This document shows, in pieces, positions 11,762 to 23,041 of a stretch of DNA of 64,000 nucleotides (position 1 is the first letter of the stretch; each line of letters opens with the position of its first letter). Where the stretch lies: contig NC_086383.1 of the NCBI RefSeq assembly GCF_036588685.1, forward strand, positions 42,036,001-42,100,000. The letters are read 5' to 3'. The position numbers were made by a program, and so were the translations under genes. Below the pieces are notes generated by a model. The model was given only the letters and a program-made list of their open reading frames with translations, was not told the DNA's origin and ran no database searches. The DNA is from Mytilus trossulus. Lineage: Eukaryota.

Positions 11762-12918
11762 CACTGTGCTTAAACGGCCGTGGGTAACTTAAGTTACCCA
11801 CAGCCCAAGATGGAACCGCCTGACTTCGGTTAGGAAGTTTGCTCCTATATAATTACAATACCATGAATAAAAAAGAAATGTTCAGTAATTAAAAAGTTAT
11901 TTAAATCTTTTAGGGAAACTCTGCAATGTAAAACGTGGTTAGTTACTACAAAATAAACGATTACAGCACGATTTGCCAAAACACTTATGATGTCCGTAAC
12001 TTCAAAACAACTTGTCCGTAACTTTTTTCCTTATACCAATAGGGATGTCCGTAACTTTAGCATGATATCAGAAACTTTCAAAGAGGTCAATCCTTAGCAG
12101 AAATACAGATGGATCAGTCCAAACCTCTAAAGAAGATATGTATGATTTGATACCCGATCTTATTGAACCCCTGAGGTCAATGAAACTGTTTTAAATCTAC
12201 CTTTATTGCTATAATAAACTAACACATGTTCAACAATATAGCCTTCAACTACTCCTAGATATTGGCATTTTTTTCTCACAATCAACAACACATCACCTAG
12301 TAGAGACCATACCTTTTTGGCTAACAATTCAGAAATTATTTAAAGGAAAGAATATCAATTTTTTCCGCCAAGGACTCATCAGTGAACAATCTATAAAGCT
12401 AGAAGAATGTTGGATAAATTTCGCCGTTCCGTCAGATCCCGTTTTATCCCGGGAATATTTTTTTCAAATTTAACGGAAAATCCGGGACACTCTGGTTCAC
12501 TTTTTCTCTTGTTTAGTTTGAAGCATATCGCTATTGTATAAATCTATGTAATAATTAAGGAGTTTGATAGTGTTTATTGTCCTTTAACTGTTGAAATTGT
12601 TAATCTTACAATTTTGAAAAAGAAGTTACCCACATCCGAAAATAAAGTTACGGACAGTCTGATTATTTTTAACTTATAAGTTACGGACATCTTATGCATT
12701 TTTTAAAAGTTGGCCTTGCGCTAAAGTGAAGTCAAAATTAACGAATTTGAAGTGATGGTAGGTGATTTCTTTATTAAAAAATCCTATCAATATTTACATA
12801 GATCATGAAAAAAGTTGCAAAAAGTATATTTCGTATCAACTGTCATCTCAACGAGTTTAGAGTCCGCCATCTTGGGCTGTGGGTAACTTAACTTACCCAC
12901 GGCCGTTTAAGCACAGTG
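11762..12918. mobile_element. Non-autonomous DNA transposon with CACTGTG...CACAGTG termini and 5-bp TSD (Transib/RAG-like), copy A only
   Basis: ~52-bp TIRs with one mismatch; TSD ATATT at 11757-11761 and 12919-12923; empty site CTCATATTGAC at 51708-51718; no ORF. Confidence 0.85.
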
Positions 12919-13978
12919 ATATTGACAAATGAATTTATAATAATCTAGCTATCTGAAATTATTTGGCAAAAAAACAACCAACAACCGGTCATTAATTGAT
13001 AGGATTCTTCTGTATGATGGTTTAATGTCATTAATTGATAGGATTCTTCTGTATGACGGTTTAATGTCATTAATTGATAGGATTCTTCTGTATGACGGTT
13101 TAATGTCATTAATTGATAGGATTCTTCTGTATGACGGTTTAATGTCATTAATTGATAGGATTATTCTGTATGACGGTTTTATGCCATTAACAGGTAGGAT
13201 TATTCTGTATGACGGTTTTATGTCATTAATTGGTAGGATTATTCTGTATGACGGTTTAATGTCATTAATTGATAGGATTATTCTGTATGACGGTTTAATG
13301 TCATTAATTGGTAGCATTATTCTGTATGATGGTTTAATGTCATTAATTGATAGGATTCTTCTGTATGACGGTTTAATGTCATTCATTGATAGGATTATTC
13401 TGTATGACGGTTTAATGTCATTGATTGATAGGATTATTTTGTATGACGGTTTTATGTCATTAATTGATAGGATTATTCTGTATGACGGTTTAATGTCATT
13501 AATTGGTAGCATTATTCTGTATGGAGGTTTAATATCATTAACTGGTAGGATTATTCTGTATGACGGTTAAATGTCATTAATTGGTAGGATTATTCTGTAT
13601 GACGGTTTAATGTCATTAATTGGTAGGATTATTCTGTATGACGGCTTAATGTCATTAATTGGTAAGATTATTCTGTATGACGGTTTAATGTCATTAATTG
13701 ATAGGATTCTTCTGTATGACGGTTTAATGTCATTAATTGGTAGCATTATTCTGTATGACGGTTTAATGTCATTAATTGATAGGATTATTCTGTATGACGC
13801 TTTCATTTCATTAATTGGTAGGATTATTCTGTATGACGGTTTATTGTCATTAATTGGTAGGACTATTCTGTATGACAGCTTAATGTCATTAATTGGTAGC
13901 ATTATTCTGTATGACGGTTTAATGTCATTAACTGGTAGGATTATTCTGCATGACGGTTTAATGTCATTAATTGGTAAG

Positions 13979-14740
13979 TGTGCTATTGCGGACCTCTTTT
14001 TGTATTGTTACGAGTTACAATTTATGACAAAAATAAGCAAAGACCCATCAAAACAACATCTGATAAACAAATTTAATAATACTTTTAGATATTTGGATGA
14101 TATTTTGGCTCTCAATAATGACGACTTCAGTATGTATATTAATGAAATTTATCCTGGTGAACTCACTTTAAATAAAGCTAATACTAACAATGACCACTGC
14201 CCTTTCCTCGATCTTGATATCTATATCACTAACGGAAAGCTGAATACTAAAATTTATGATAAAAGGGATGATTTTTCATTTCCTATCGTTAATTATCCGT
14301 TTTTAGATGGTGACGTTCCCTTGTCACCATCTTACGGTGTTTATATATCTCAACTTGTACGATTCGCTCGTGTATGTAACAATGTTTTAGATTTTAACGA
14401 GAGAAATTTATGTATTACTGAAAAATTATTACACCAGGGGTTTCGATATCACAAACTAGTCAAAACATTTACTAAATTTTATCATCGGTATAAAGACATC
14501 ATTCGAAAATATAGCTCAACATGCAGACTTTTTATACGTTCAGGTATTTCACATCCAATTTTTTATGGAAATATTCTTTATAAAGCACAAAGGTGTCAGT
14601 ATTCACCTCATAAACTTACAAAACCTTTGAATAGACTTATTAAGAAGGGATATAATTACGATACTGTTGTCAAGTCATTAAAGATTGCATATTTTGGAGT
14701 TAATATTGAGTCACTGATAAGGTCTTTGCGTCGGAACTAA
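13979..14740 (+). pseudogene. RT palm/thumb fragment of the Naiad-type PLE, open to TAA
   Basis: C-terminal ~253 aa of ORF 13571..14740; the ORF's N-terminal part is satellite read-through. Confidence 0.85.
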
Positions 14741-14790
14741 ACACATTTATTCTAAAAACAGTTGTTGGCATGACACGGGTTATGTTCTTC

Positions 14791-14857
14791 TCATATATGT
14801 TATGATGGTATGATACTAAACCCCTTACGGGAAGGATTGTGCCTGATGTTCATATGA
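14791..14857 (+). promoter_or_regulatory. Eukaryotic SECIS element (type II) in the Naiad 3' UTR
   Basis: ATGA at 14802, 12 nt, then AAA at 14818-14820; apical CCC/GGG mini-stem; helix II GGTATGAT/ATTGTGCC; 3' quartet strand TGAT at 14844; helix I TCATAT/ATATGA. Confidence 0.8.
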
Positions 14858-17800
14858 TGAAATCATAATCTTTCAGTCAGTTTAATTGAAGTCTGGAGCT
14901 CGCATGTCAGTTAACTGCTAGTAGTCTGTTGTTATTTATGTATTATTGTCATTTTGTTTATTTTCTTTGGTTACATCTTCTGACATCAGACTCGGACTTC
15001 TCTTGAACTGAATTTTAATGTGCGTATTGTTATGCTTTTACTTTTCTACACTGGTTAGAGGTATAGGGGGAGGGTTGAGATCTCACAAACATGTTTAACC
15101 CCGCCGCATTTTTGCGCCTGTCCCAAGTCAGGAGCCTCTGGCCTTTGTTAGTCTTGTATTATTTAAATTTTAGTTTCTTGTGTACAATTTGGAAATTAGT
15201 ATGGCGTTCATTATCACTGAACTAGTATATATTTGTTTAGGGGCCAGCTGAAGGACGCCTCCGGGTGCGGGAATTTCTCGCTACATTGAAGACCTGTTGG
15301 TGACCTTCTGCTGTTGTATTTTTTTATTTTGGTCGGGTTGTTGTCTCTTTGACACATTCCCCATTTCCATTCTCAATTTTAAGATTATTCTGTATGACGG
15401 TTTCATTGTCATTAATTGGTAGGATTATTCTGTATGATGGTTTAATGTCATTAATTGGTATGATTCTCCTGTATGACGCGGTTAAATGTCATTAATTGGT
15501 AGGATTATTCCGTATGATGGTTTAATGTCGTTAATTGGTAGGATAATTCTGTATGACGGTTTATTTTAATTAATTTGTAGCATTACTCTGAATGATGGTT
15601 TAATGCCATTAATTGGTAAGATTTTCTGTATGACAGTTTAATGTCATTAATTGGAAGGATTATTCTGTATGATGGTTTATTGTCATTAATTGGTAAGATT
15701 ATTCTGTATGACGGTTTAATGTCATTAATTTGTAGGATTATTCTGTATGACTGTTTAATGTCATTAGCTGGTAGGATTATTCTGTATGACGGTTTCATGT
15801 CATTTATTGGTAGGATTATTCTGTTTGATGGTTTAATGTCATTAGTTGGTGAGATTATTCTGTATGATGGTTTAATGTCATTAATTGGTAGGATTATTCT
15901 GTATGATGGTTTATTGTCATTAATTGGTAAGATTATTCTGTATGACGGTTTAATGTCATTAATTGGTAGGATTATTCTGTATGACGGTTTAATGTCATTA
16001 ATTGGTAGATTACTTTTCTTGACGGTTTAATGTCATTAATTGGTAGATTACTTTTCTTGACGGTTTAATGTCATAAATTGGTACAATTATTCTGTATGGC
16101 GGTATAATGTCATAAATTGGTCGGATTATTCTGTACGACGGTTTTACGTCATTTATTGGTAGCATTATTCTGTATGACGGTTTAATGTCATTAACTGGTA
16201 GGATTATTCTGTATGACGGTTTAATGTCATTAATTGGTAGGATTATTCTGTATGACGGTTTAATGTCATTAATTGATAGGATTCTTCTGTATGACGGTTT
16301 AATGTCATTAATTGGTAGGAATATTCTGCATAAAGTTTTAATGTCATTAATTGGTTGGATTATTCTGTTTGACGGTTTAATGTCATTAATTGATAGGATT
16401 ATTCTGTATGACGGTTTAATGTCATAAATTGGTAGGATTCTTCTGTATGACGGTTTAATGTCATTAATTGATAGGATTCTTCTGTATGACGGTTTAATGT
16501 CATTAATTGGTAGCATTATTCTGTATGACGGTTTAATGTCATTAATTGATAGGATTATTCTGTATGACGCTTTCATTTCATTAATTGGTAGGATTATTCT
16601 GTATGACGGTTTATTGTCATTAATTGGTAGGACTATTCTGTATGACAGCTTAATGTCATTAATTGGTACCATTATTCTGTATGACGGTTTAATGTCATTA
16701 ACTGGTAGGATTATTCTGCATGACGGTTTAATGTCATTAATTGGTAAGATTATTCTGTATGACGGTTTCATTGTCATTAATTGGTAGGATTATTCTGTAT
16801 GATGGTTTAATGTCATTAATTGGTATGATTCTCCTGTATGACGCGGTTAAATGTCATTAATTGGTAGGATAATTCCGTATGATGGTTTAATGTCGTTAAT
16901 TGGTAGGATAATTCTGTATGACGGTTTATTTTAATTAATTTGTAGCATTACTCTGAATGATGGTTTAATGCCATTAATTGGTAAGATTTTCTGTATGACA
17001 GTTTAATGTCATTAATTGGAAGGATTATTCTGTATGATGGTTTATTGTCATTAATTGGTAAGATTATTCTGTATGACGGTTTAATGTCATTAATTTGTAG
17101 GATTATTCTGTATGACGGTTTAATGTCATTAGCTGGTAGGATTATTCTGTATGACGGTTTCATGTCATTTATTGGTAGGATTATTCTGTTTGATGGTTTA
17201 ATGTCATTAGTTGGTGAGATTATTCTGTATGATGGTTTAATGTCATTAATTGGTAGGATTATTCTGTATGATGGTTTATTGTCATTAATTGGTAAGATTA
17301 TTCTGTATGACGGTTTAATGTCATTAATTGGTAGGATTATTCTGTATGACGGTTTAATGTCATTAATTGGTAGATTACTTTTCTTGACGTTTTAATGTCA
17401 TTAATTGGTAGATTACTTTTCTTGACGGTTTAATGTCATAAATTGGTACAATTATTCTGTATGGCGGTATAATGTCATAAATTGGTTGGATTATTCTGTA
17501 CGACGGTTTTACGTCATTTATTGGTAGCATTATTCTGTATGACGGTTTAATGTCATTAACTGGTAGGATTATTCTGTATGACGGTTTAATGTCATTAATT
17601 GGTAGGATTATTCTGTATGACGGTTTAATGTCATTAATTGATAGGATTCTTCTGTATGACGGTTTAATGTCATTAATTGGTAGGAATATTCTGCATAAAG
17701 GTTTAATGTCATTAATTGGTTGGATTATTCTGTTTGACGGTTTAATGTCATTAATTGATAGGATTATTCTGTATGACGGTTTAATGTCATAAATTGGTAG

Positions 17801-19358
17801 GATTCTTCTGTATGACGGTTTAATGTCATTAATTTGTAGGAGTATTCTGCATGATGGTTTAATGTAATTAATTGGTAGGATTATTCTGTATAACGGTTTA
17901 ATATAAGATGTGTATTGTTGACTGACTGACTTGCTCATATACAGTATGTTTCTATATGATATTTGCTAGCATACCGTTCTCCCTTAAACTAACTAAGCAT
18001 TTTCATGATATTCTATTCTATTCGATATTTTCCCTATTTATCAAATTAACCATTGGTAGCATTATTCTGTATGACGGTTTAATGTCATTAACTGGTAGGA
18101 TTATTCTGTATGACGGTTTAATGTCATTAATTGGTAGGATTATTCTGTATGACGGTTTTATGTCATTAATTGTTAGAATTCTTCTGTATGACGGTTTAAT
18201 GTCATAAATTGGTAGGATTCTTCTGTATGACGGTTTAATGTCATAAATTGGTAGGATTCTTCTGTATGACGGTTTAATGTCATTAATTGGTAGGAGTATT
18301 CTGCATGATGGTTTAATTTTATTAATTGGTAGGAGTCTTTTGCTTGACGGTTTAATGTAATTAATAGGTAGGATTATTCTGTATAACGGTTTATTATAAG
18401 ATGTGTATTGTTGCATGACTGACTTGCTCATATACAGTATGTTTCCATATGATATTTGCTAGCATACGGTTCTCCCTAAAACTAACGTAGCATTTTCATG
18501 ATATTCTATTCTATTCGATATTTTCCCTATTTATCAAATTAACCACTGTAACAAGTCGATATCAAAATTAAAAAAAAGTAGCAAGTATGTTTGCATTTCA
18601 AAATCAAACTTTAAAAAAATATTTTAAATTTGTTTGAGCGGGCAACTCAACCTAATATTGGACAGTGGTGTAACAGCCAACTTTCAAGGTCAACCATGCA
18701 AAGTGCAGTGCGTTATCCTCACTTTTGTTATTTTAATCAGATTTAATGGGTAATGTTTTTGAAGGAAAGTCATTTTCAAACATCCCTTCGGTCATCATTT
18801 TTGGATTTATTCCTTTACTTTTGTTTTAAAATGGAAGCGTATAGCCAATAAACATATCACTTAAAACCATTAACATATTCAAATAACCTAACGTCATAAC
18901 GTACCAAAAACTAAAACCAGATTGGTCAAAATTGCATCAACAAATTTCAAAAAGCAAGGCTACATACTGTTTCAAACGCTAGTAATTTCTTTGTTTACTC
19001 TTCTTTACTGGAGACAAATTATATTTTGAAAATAAACAATACTCACTATTCAGTTTACTTGCTCGCGATTTGCAGTCATATTCTATGACTGTTTTTTCAC
19101 CTATAAATTAAAATATAATTGTTAGTGATTTTAGTTTGGTACGAAAATTCAGACCTCAGAAGAAAAATCATATTTGAATAGTAAATATTTATTTGCCCAT
19201 AATTGCAGTTAACTTCTATTCTATTACACGCTAAATTGGTCAGTTTTGAAACAAGTCTAGACAATGGTTGTGATTATTGTACCTATCTAACTTGATGTTG
19301 AATATAAGAATATCATTTCGGCAAAGAACTGAAGCATTTAATTTTTCTTAGTAATTGG

Positions 19359-20293
19359 GATTTCAGGGAGACAAGGTGAGTCGACAATTAGTTACTACGA
19401 TTTTATTTAGACAAGCTAAGTCGACAAATAGAAACTACGATTTGAGGGTGACAAGGTGAGGCGACAATTAGTTACTACGGTTTGATTCAGACAAGCTTAG
19501 TCGACAAATAGTAACTACGATTTGAGGGAGACAAGGTAAGGCGACAACTAGTTACTACGGTTTGATTCAGACAAGCTTAGTCGACAAAAAGTAACTACTC
19601 TTTGAGGGAGACAAGGTGGGTCGACAATTAGTAACTACGATTTGATGGCGACAAGGTGAGTCGACAAAAAGTAACTACGATTTGAGGGAAACAAGGTGAG
19701 TCGACAATTAGTTACTACTTTTTGATTTAGACAAGCTTAGTCGACAAATAGTAACTACGATTTGAGGGAGACAAGGTGAGGCGACAACTAGTTACTACGG
19801 TTTGATTCAGACAAGCTTAGTCGACAAAAAGTAACTACTATTTGAGGGAGACAAGGTGGGTCGACAATTAGTAACTACGATTTGATGGCGACAAGGTGAG
19901 TCTACAAATAGTAACTACGATTTAAGGGAGACAAAGGGAGTCAACAGAAAGAAACTGTTATTTGAATTAGAAAAGATAGGTCTACAAAGGGTAAATACGA
20001 TTTGACTGAGACAAGTGGAGTCGACAGAAAATAACTACAATATGATTAAGACAAGGGAAGTCTATAGAAAGAAACTATTATTTGAATTAGAAAAGATAGG
20101 TCTACAAAGGATAAATACGATTTGACTGAGACAAGGGTAGTCTACAGAAAATAACTACAATATGATTAAGACAAGGGTAGTCTACATAAAGTATCTGCGA
20201 TTTGAGTAAAACAAGGTAAAACGACATGAAAAAGCTAAGATTCAAGTGAGAGAAAGGGTAGTCGACAAGAAGCATCTACGAGTTCAGTTAGAC
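19359..20293. repeat. 40-bp minisatellite (GGGAGACAAGGTGAGTCGACAATTAGTTACTACGATTTGA), partly 80-bp dimeric, degenerating toward the GPCR
   Basis: GTCGAC/GTCTAC recurs every 40 bp. Confidence 0.9.
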
Positions 20294-20458
20294 ATTTATT
20301 TGTGTTTAAGATTATGATACGTATTGTTTACAATGTTTATATTAATTATTTCCAAGTTTATCCACAAATGTATTTATTTCCTTTGTTCTGATTTTGTTTG
20401 TTTTTTCATATTGCTTTCTTTGAACCAATGCACATCTGTTTCAGGTACCCTAGTTGAT

Positions 20459-21580
20459 ATGCCACCAACGAATATATCATCTTGGTTAAATGCTTTGTTC
20501 AACAGTGTTCCAGATGTAAAGACTGTTCAACAGTTACACGAAATAAGTATTTTCTCACCGAAAAAGCAGTTTTCTGAAGATATACAATTATATTTTATTT
20601 ACTGCCAACCTATACTAATCTCTCTGATTTTAATTTGGATGGGAGTATCACTGAAAATTGTTTGGACAGATGATTTCAGGAACAAATATGGACTGATGAC
20701 AGCTTACACCAGTCTTGAAATAGTCGCATGTATACTGCAAAATATAGCATGCATACTCGTTTTTTCGACAGAAAGCAATTATGTTGAATATGAATGGTGT
20801 TATGTTTATGAAGCGGCATCAGAATATATTCCAGGATGTTTGCATTTAATTTCGAAGGGTTTAAGAATTGGCCATGCTTTGTTAATTGTCATCCTACTTT
20901 ACACACCACTAAAATTCAAAACCATCATCAATATAAAAGCATGTGTTTTGTTTTGCACATTAACTGTTTTTTGTTCATGTACTGTTTTTGTTACATATTT
21001 TTTGTTATCTGTTCGTTTTGAAAAGACAACAGTGTTTGATCAAACCACGCAGGAAATAAAAGCAGTATGTCGACATAAAGATGGTTTCGTCAACTCAAAT
21101 ACAATAAACGAAGATACCGAATTTGTTCGACAGATTATCATGGATGTAATGAGTCATATTGCACCTACTTTATTGATGATATGTCTGTCAATAGCCATTC
21201 ATTTACTTTTAAAAAAACAGATAAAAACCAGACTGAAACTTCGGAGAGAGTGCACGGAACGGGTGAAATCAGACACCAGACTTGCAAGAGTAACATTAGT
21301 GGCGACATTAATCTCTATCATATTCACCCTACCAGCAATACCTACAACTATTGTACTAAACACGGAGTTGAAATCATTGGAAGGTGCAATAAAAATTTTA
21401 GAGATCATCAACACAGTCGTGAAAGTAACATTCATATTAAATGTACCTATTAATTTCTTTATTTTCAGCTGGCTCTCTAAAGACTTCAGAGAAAACATAA
21501 TGAAAATATTGAAGTCTGTACATCTGACGCAGAAGAAACCAAGGGGACATGTTTCATCGCAGGAAGCAATTATAGAATGA
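20459..21580 (+). CDS. Orphan rhodopsin-class 7TM GPCR (FMRFamide/sex-peptide-receptor-like or chemoreceptor-like), 373 aa, copy A
   Basis: Acceptor TTTCAG ends at 20444 before ATG 20459; N-glycosylation site NIS; seven hydrophobic segments; WC at the top of TM3 and an ECL2 Cys; TM5 Pro (IAP), TM6 LP, TM7 PINFFIF plus helix 8 SKDFR. Confidence 0.88.
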   Translation: MPPTNISSWLNALFNSVPDVKTVQQLHEISIFSPKKQFSEDIQLYFIYCQPILISLILIWMGVSLKIVWTDDFRNKYGLMTAYTSLEIVACILQNIACILVFSTESNYVEYEWCYVYEAASEYIPGCLHLISKGLRIGHALLIVILLYTPLKFKTIINIKACVLFCTLTVFCSCTVFVTYFLLSVRFEKTTVFDQTTQEIKAVCRHKDGFVNSNTINEDTEFVRQIIMDVMSHIAPTLLMICLSIAIHLLLKKQIKTRLKLRRECTERVKSDTRLARVTLVATLISIIFTLPAIPTTIVLNTELKSLEGAIKILEIINTVVKVTFILNVPINFFIFSWLSKDFRENIMKILKSVHLTQKKPRGHVSSQEAIIE

Positions 21581-21794
21581 AAAACATATTTATAGATCAT
21601 CGAAAATTTGGATCCATATTTTAAAACCCATGACAATATTTAAGTTTTTTTTCTGCTCCTTGATTAGGTTCCTTTTGCAAGAAAATGATGGGAAAGTTTT
21701 GCGCTTTATCTTATAATTTAAAAGCTGAAATATATTCCTCTCAAAATGCACATAAATATCTTATCATATCAAATACAAAAACGTAGATATATTA

Positions 21795-21957
21795 TGGCGA
21801 CCAGTTGTTGTTGTTGGAGGAAGCCAATTAATAAGGAAAAACCACCAATTCGGCAGAAAAACTGGCAATCCTCGTCAGTTAAGATCGGAGAAGAACGCAC
21901 CTCCCACTAGCGAGGTTTGAAATCACAATATCAGTGTTGACAGACTACGGAGGTCAC
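21795..21957 (-). mobile_element. Degenerate V-type SINE fragment (also near 57719-57882)
   Basis: Similar to 4245-4372 (GGAGGAAGCC, GAAAACCACC, CAGTGTTGAC). Confidence 0.6.
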
Positions 21958-23041
21958 CTTTAACTAATCAATGTATTATGAAAGAGTAGGATATCATTGG
22001 ACAATTTATCCCATGATGTCCAGGGGAAAAGGGGGAAAAACAAAAAAGAACTGTAATGTTGCTTACAATTCAAGAGTGTTCAGAGAATAATAGACTCATA
22101 CTACTGTCAGGTATCATTGAATAAAAAATTTTACATAAAATAATTGTTATTAACACATACCACCTTTATCCTGTTGTTTATGTATTGTTCATGCATGTTC
22201 ATGAATACATTGGTTATTGTTGAGTTGTATTTGTCTAACATCCAACGGCAATTACTTCAGAATCGGAACAATTTAAAATAATTATAGAAAGGATACAAAC
22301 ATTGTCAAAAAATCAAATGGCAAATGGGTAGGGAAAGTATGGAAAGAAATTTAGCTTTACAAAATATGATCTAGAATAACTTACTTTCATTTAACAGTTG
22401 TGTTGCTCTTATTTTTCAACGTTCAAAGAGTGTGCTTTACCCCCAAAATACATGCATTTAGATTCAAATCCGAAGACCAAGATTATCTATTGATTATCAG
22501 TCACTGCCAATTCGTGAGTACTCAAATATCTTAATACCCTACAACACCGTCTCACATATACAAAACGGTAATATTTGAAACAAGAAAAATCCTATTGGAA
22601 TCGACTTAGTTAGGACAGTGAAATAATTCCACAACCAAACGAGGAGGTATGGCATTGATAAGACAACTTGTTTGTCCCCCCCTGAATTTGAAAGTTAAAA
22701 AGTATTATTGGTTTTCCAAATTAAATCCTTTAGATGTTCATAAGACATAAAATGGTCATTCATCAGGATTTATTTTTTGTGTCTCAGCTTTTAGGGCCTT
22801 AAACTTTAACATTAAAAGGAAAACTGCAATCGTGAAAAAATTGCATCATTTTGAGATCTTTTTATTAATGTCGAAATACGAGCCAAGACTTTACCCATAA
22901 CGATATTTTACTACCATGACAACCATATCCATTTTAAAAAGACGATAATGTGTGTAAAAATATTTTTTTGCTGAAGGAATTCTTTCACATTTAAGTTTAC
23001 TAAATAAAAAATTGCCATTTGCGGTCCAATATCATGATAGA

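Larger units (their letters stand above)
13979..15380 (+). mobile_element. 5'-truncated Penelope-like retroelement (Naiad type, C-terminal RT) with 3' UTR, copy A only
   Basis: RT motifs ADLFL, FRYLDD, FLDL, YDKRDDF.F.IVNYP, YGVYISQL; no C-terminal GIY-YIG; empty site TTGGTAAGATTATTC at 16741-16755; short (T)AAG duplication. Confidence 0.88.
12988..18395. repeat. 39-bp satellite array (ATGTCATTAATTGGTAGGATTATTCTGTATGACGGTTTA), copy A, interrupted by a Naiad
   Basis: Visible 39-bp periodicity, giving 13-aa repeat ORFs on both strands; 1365-bp higher-order duplication. Confidence 0.97.

Noticed and set aside
13571-14740. 389-aa repeat-RT fusion protein
   Set aside because: Chance in-frame junction of satellite and a truncated RT that lacks its N-terminal motifs; no promoter or splice evidence.
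15240-15314. Possible HDV-like ribozyme (GGGGCCAGCTGAAGG...CCTTCTGCTG) at the Naiad 3' end
   Set aside because: A P2-like stem is present, but no P1 3' strand follows the putative P3/L3, so the nested double pseudoknot cannot be built.
12945-18431. Numerous 13-aa-repeat ORFs (MSLIGRIILYDGL / IKPSYRIILPIND), also at 51741-54049
   Set aside because: They arise from a 39-bp satellite that lacks stops in one frame per strand; frames break at arbitrary indels that differ between the copies.
12988-20293. CRISPR-like arrays
   Set aside because: Units are contiguous with no unique spacers; eukaryotic context and no cas genes.
20324-20458. Extra 45-aa N-terminus of the GPCR ORF
   Set aside because: Starts at TTG and covers a T-rich tract ending in a TTTCAG acceptor at 20444; most likely intron and 5' UTR.
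21199-21636. Antisense ORFs over the GPCR (also 57164-57604) and over the LINE
   Set aside because: Shadow ORFs of real coding sequence, with ends not conserved between the copies.
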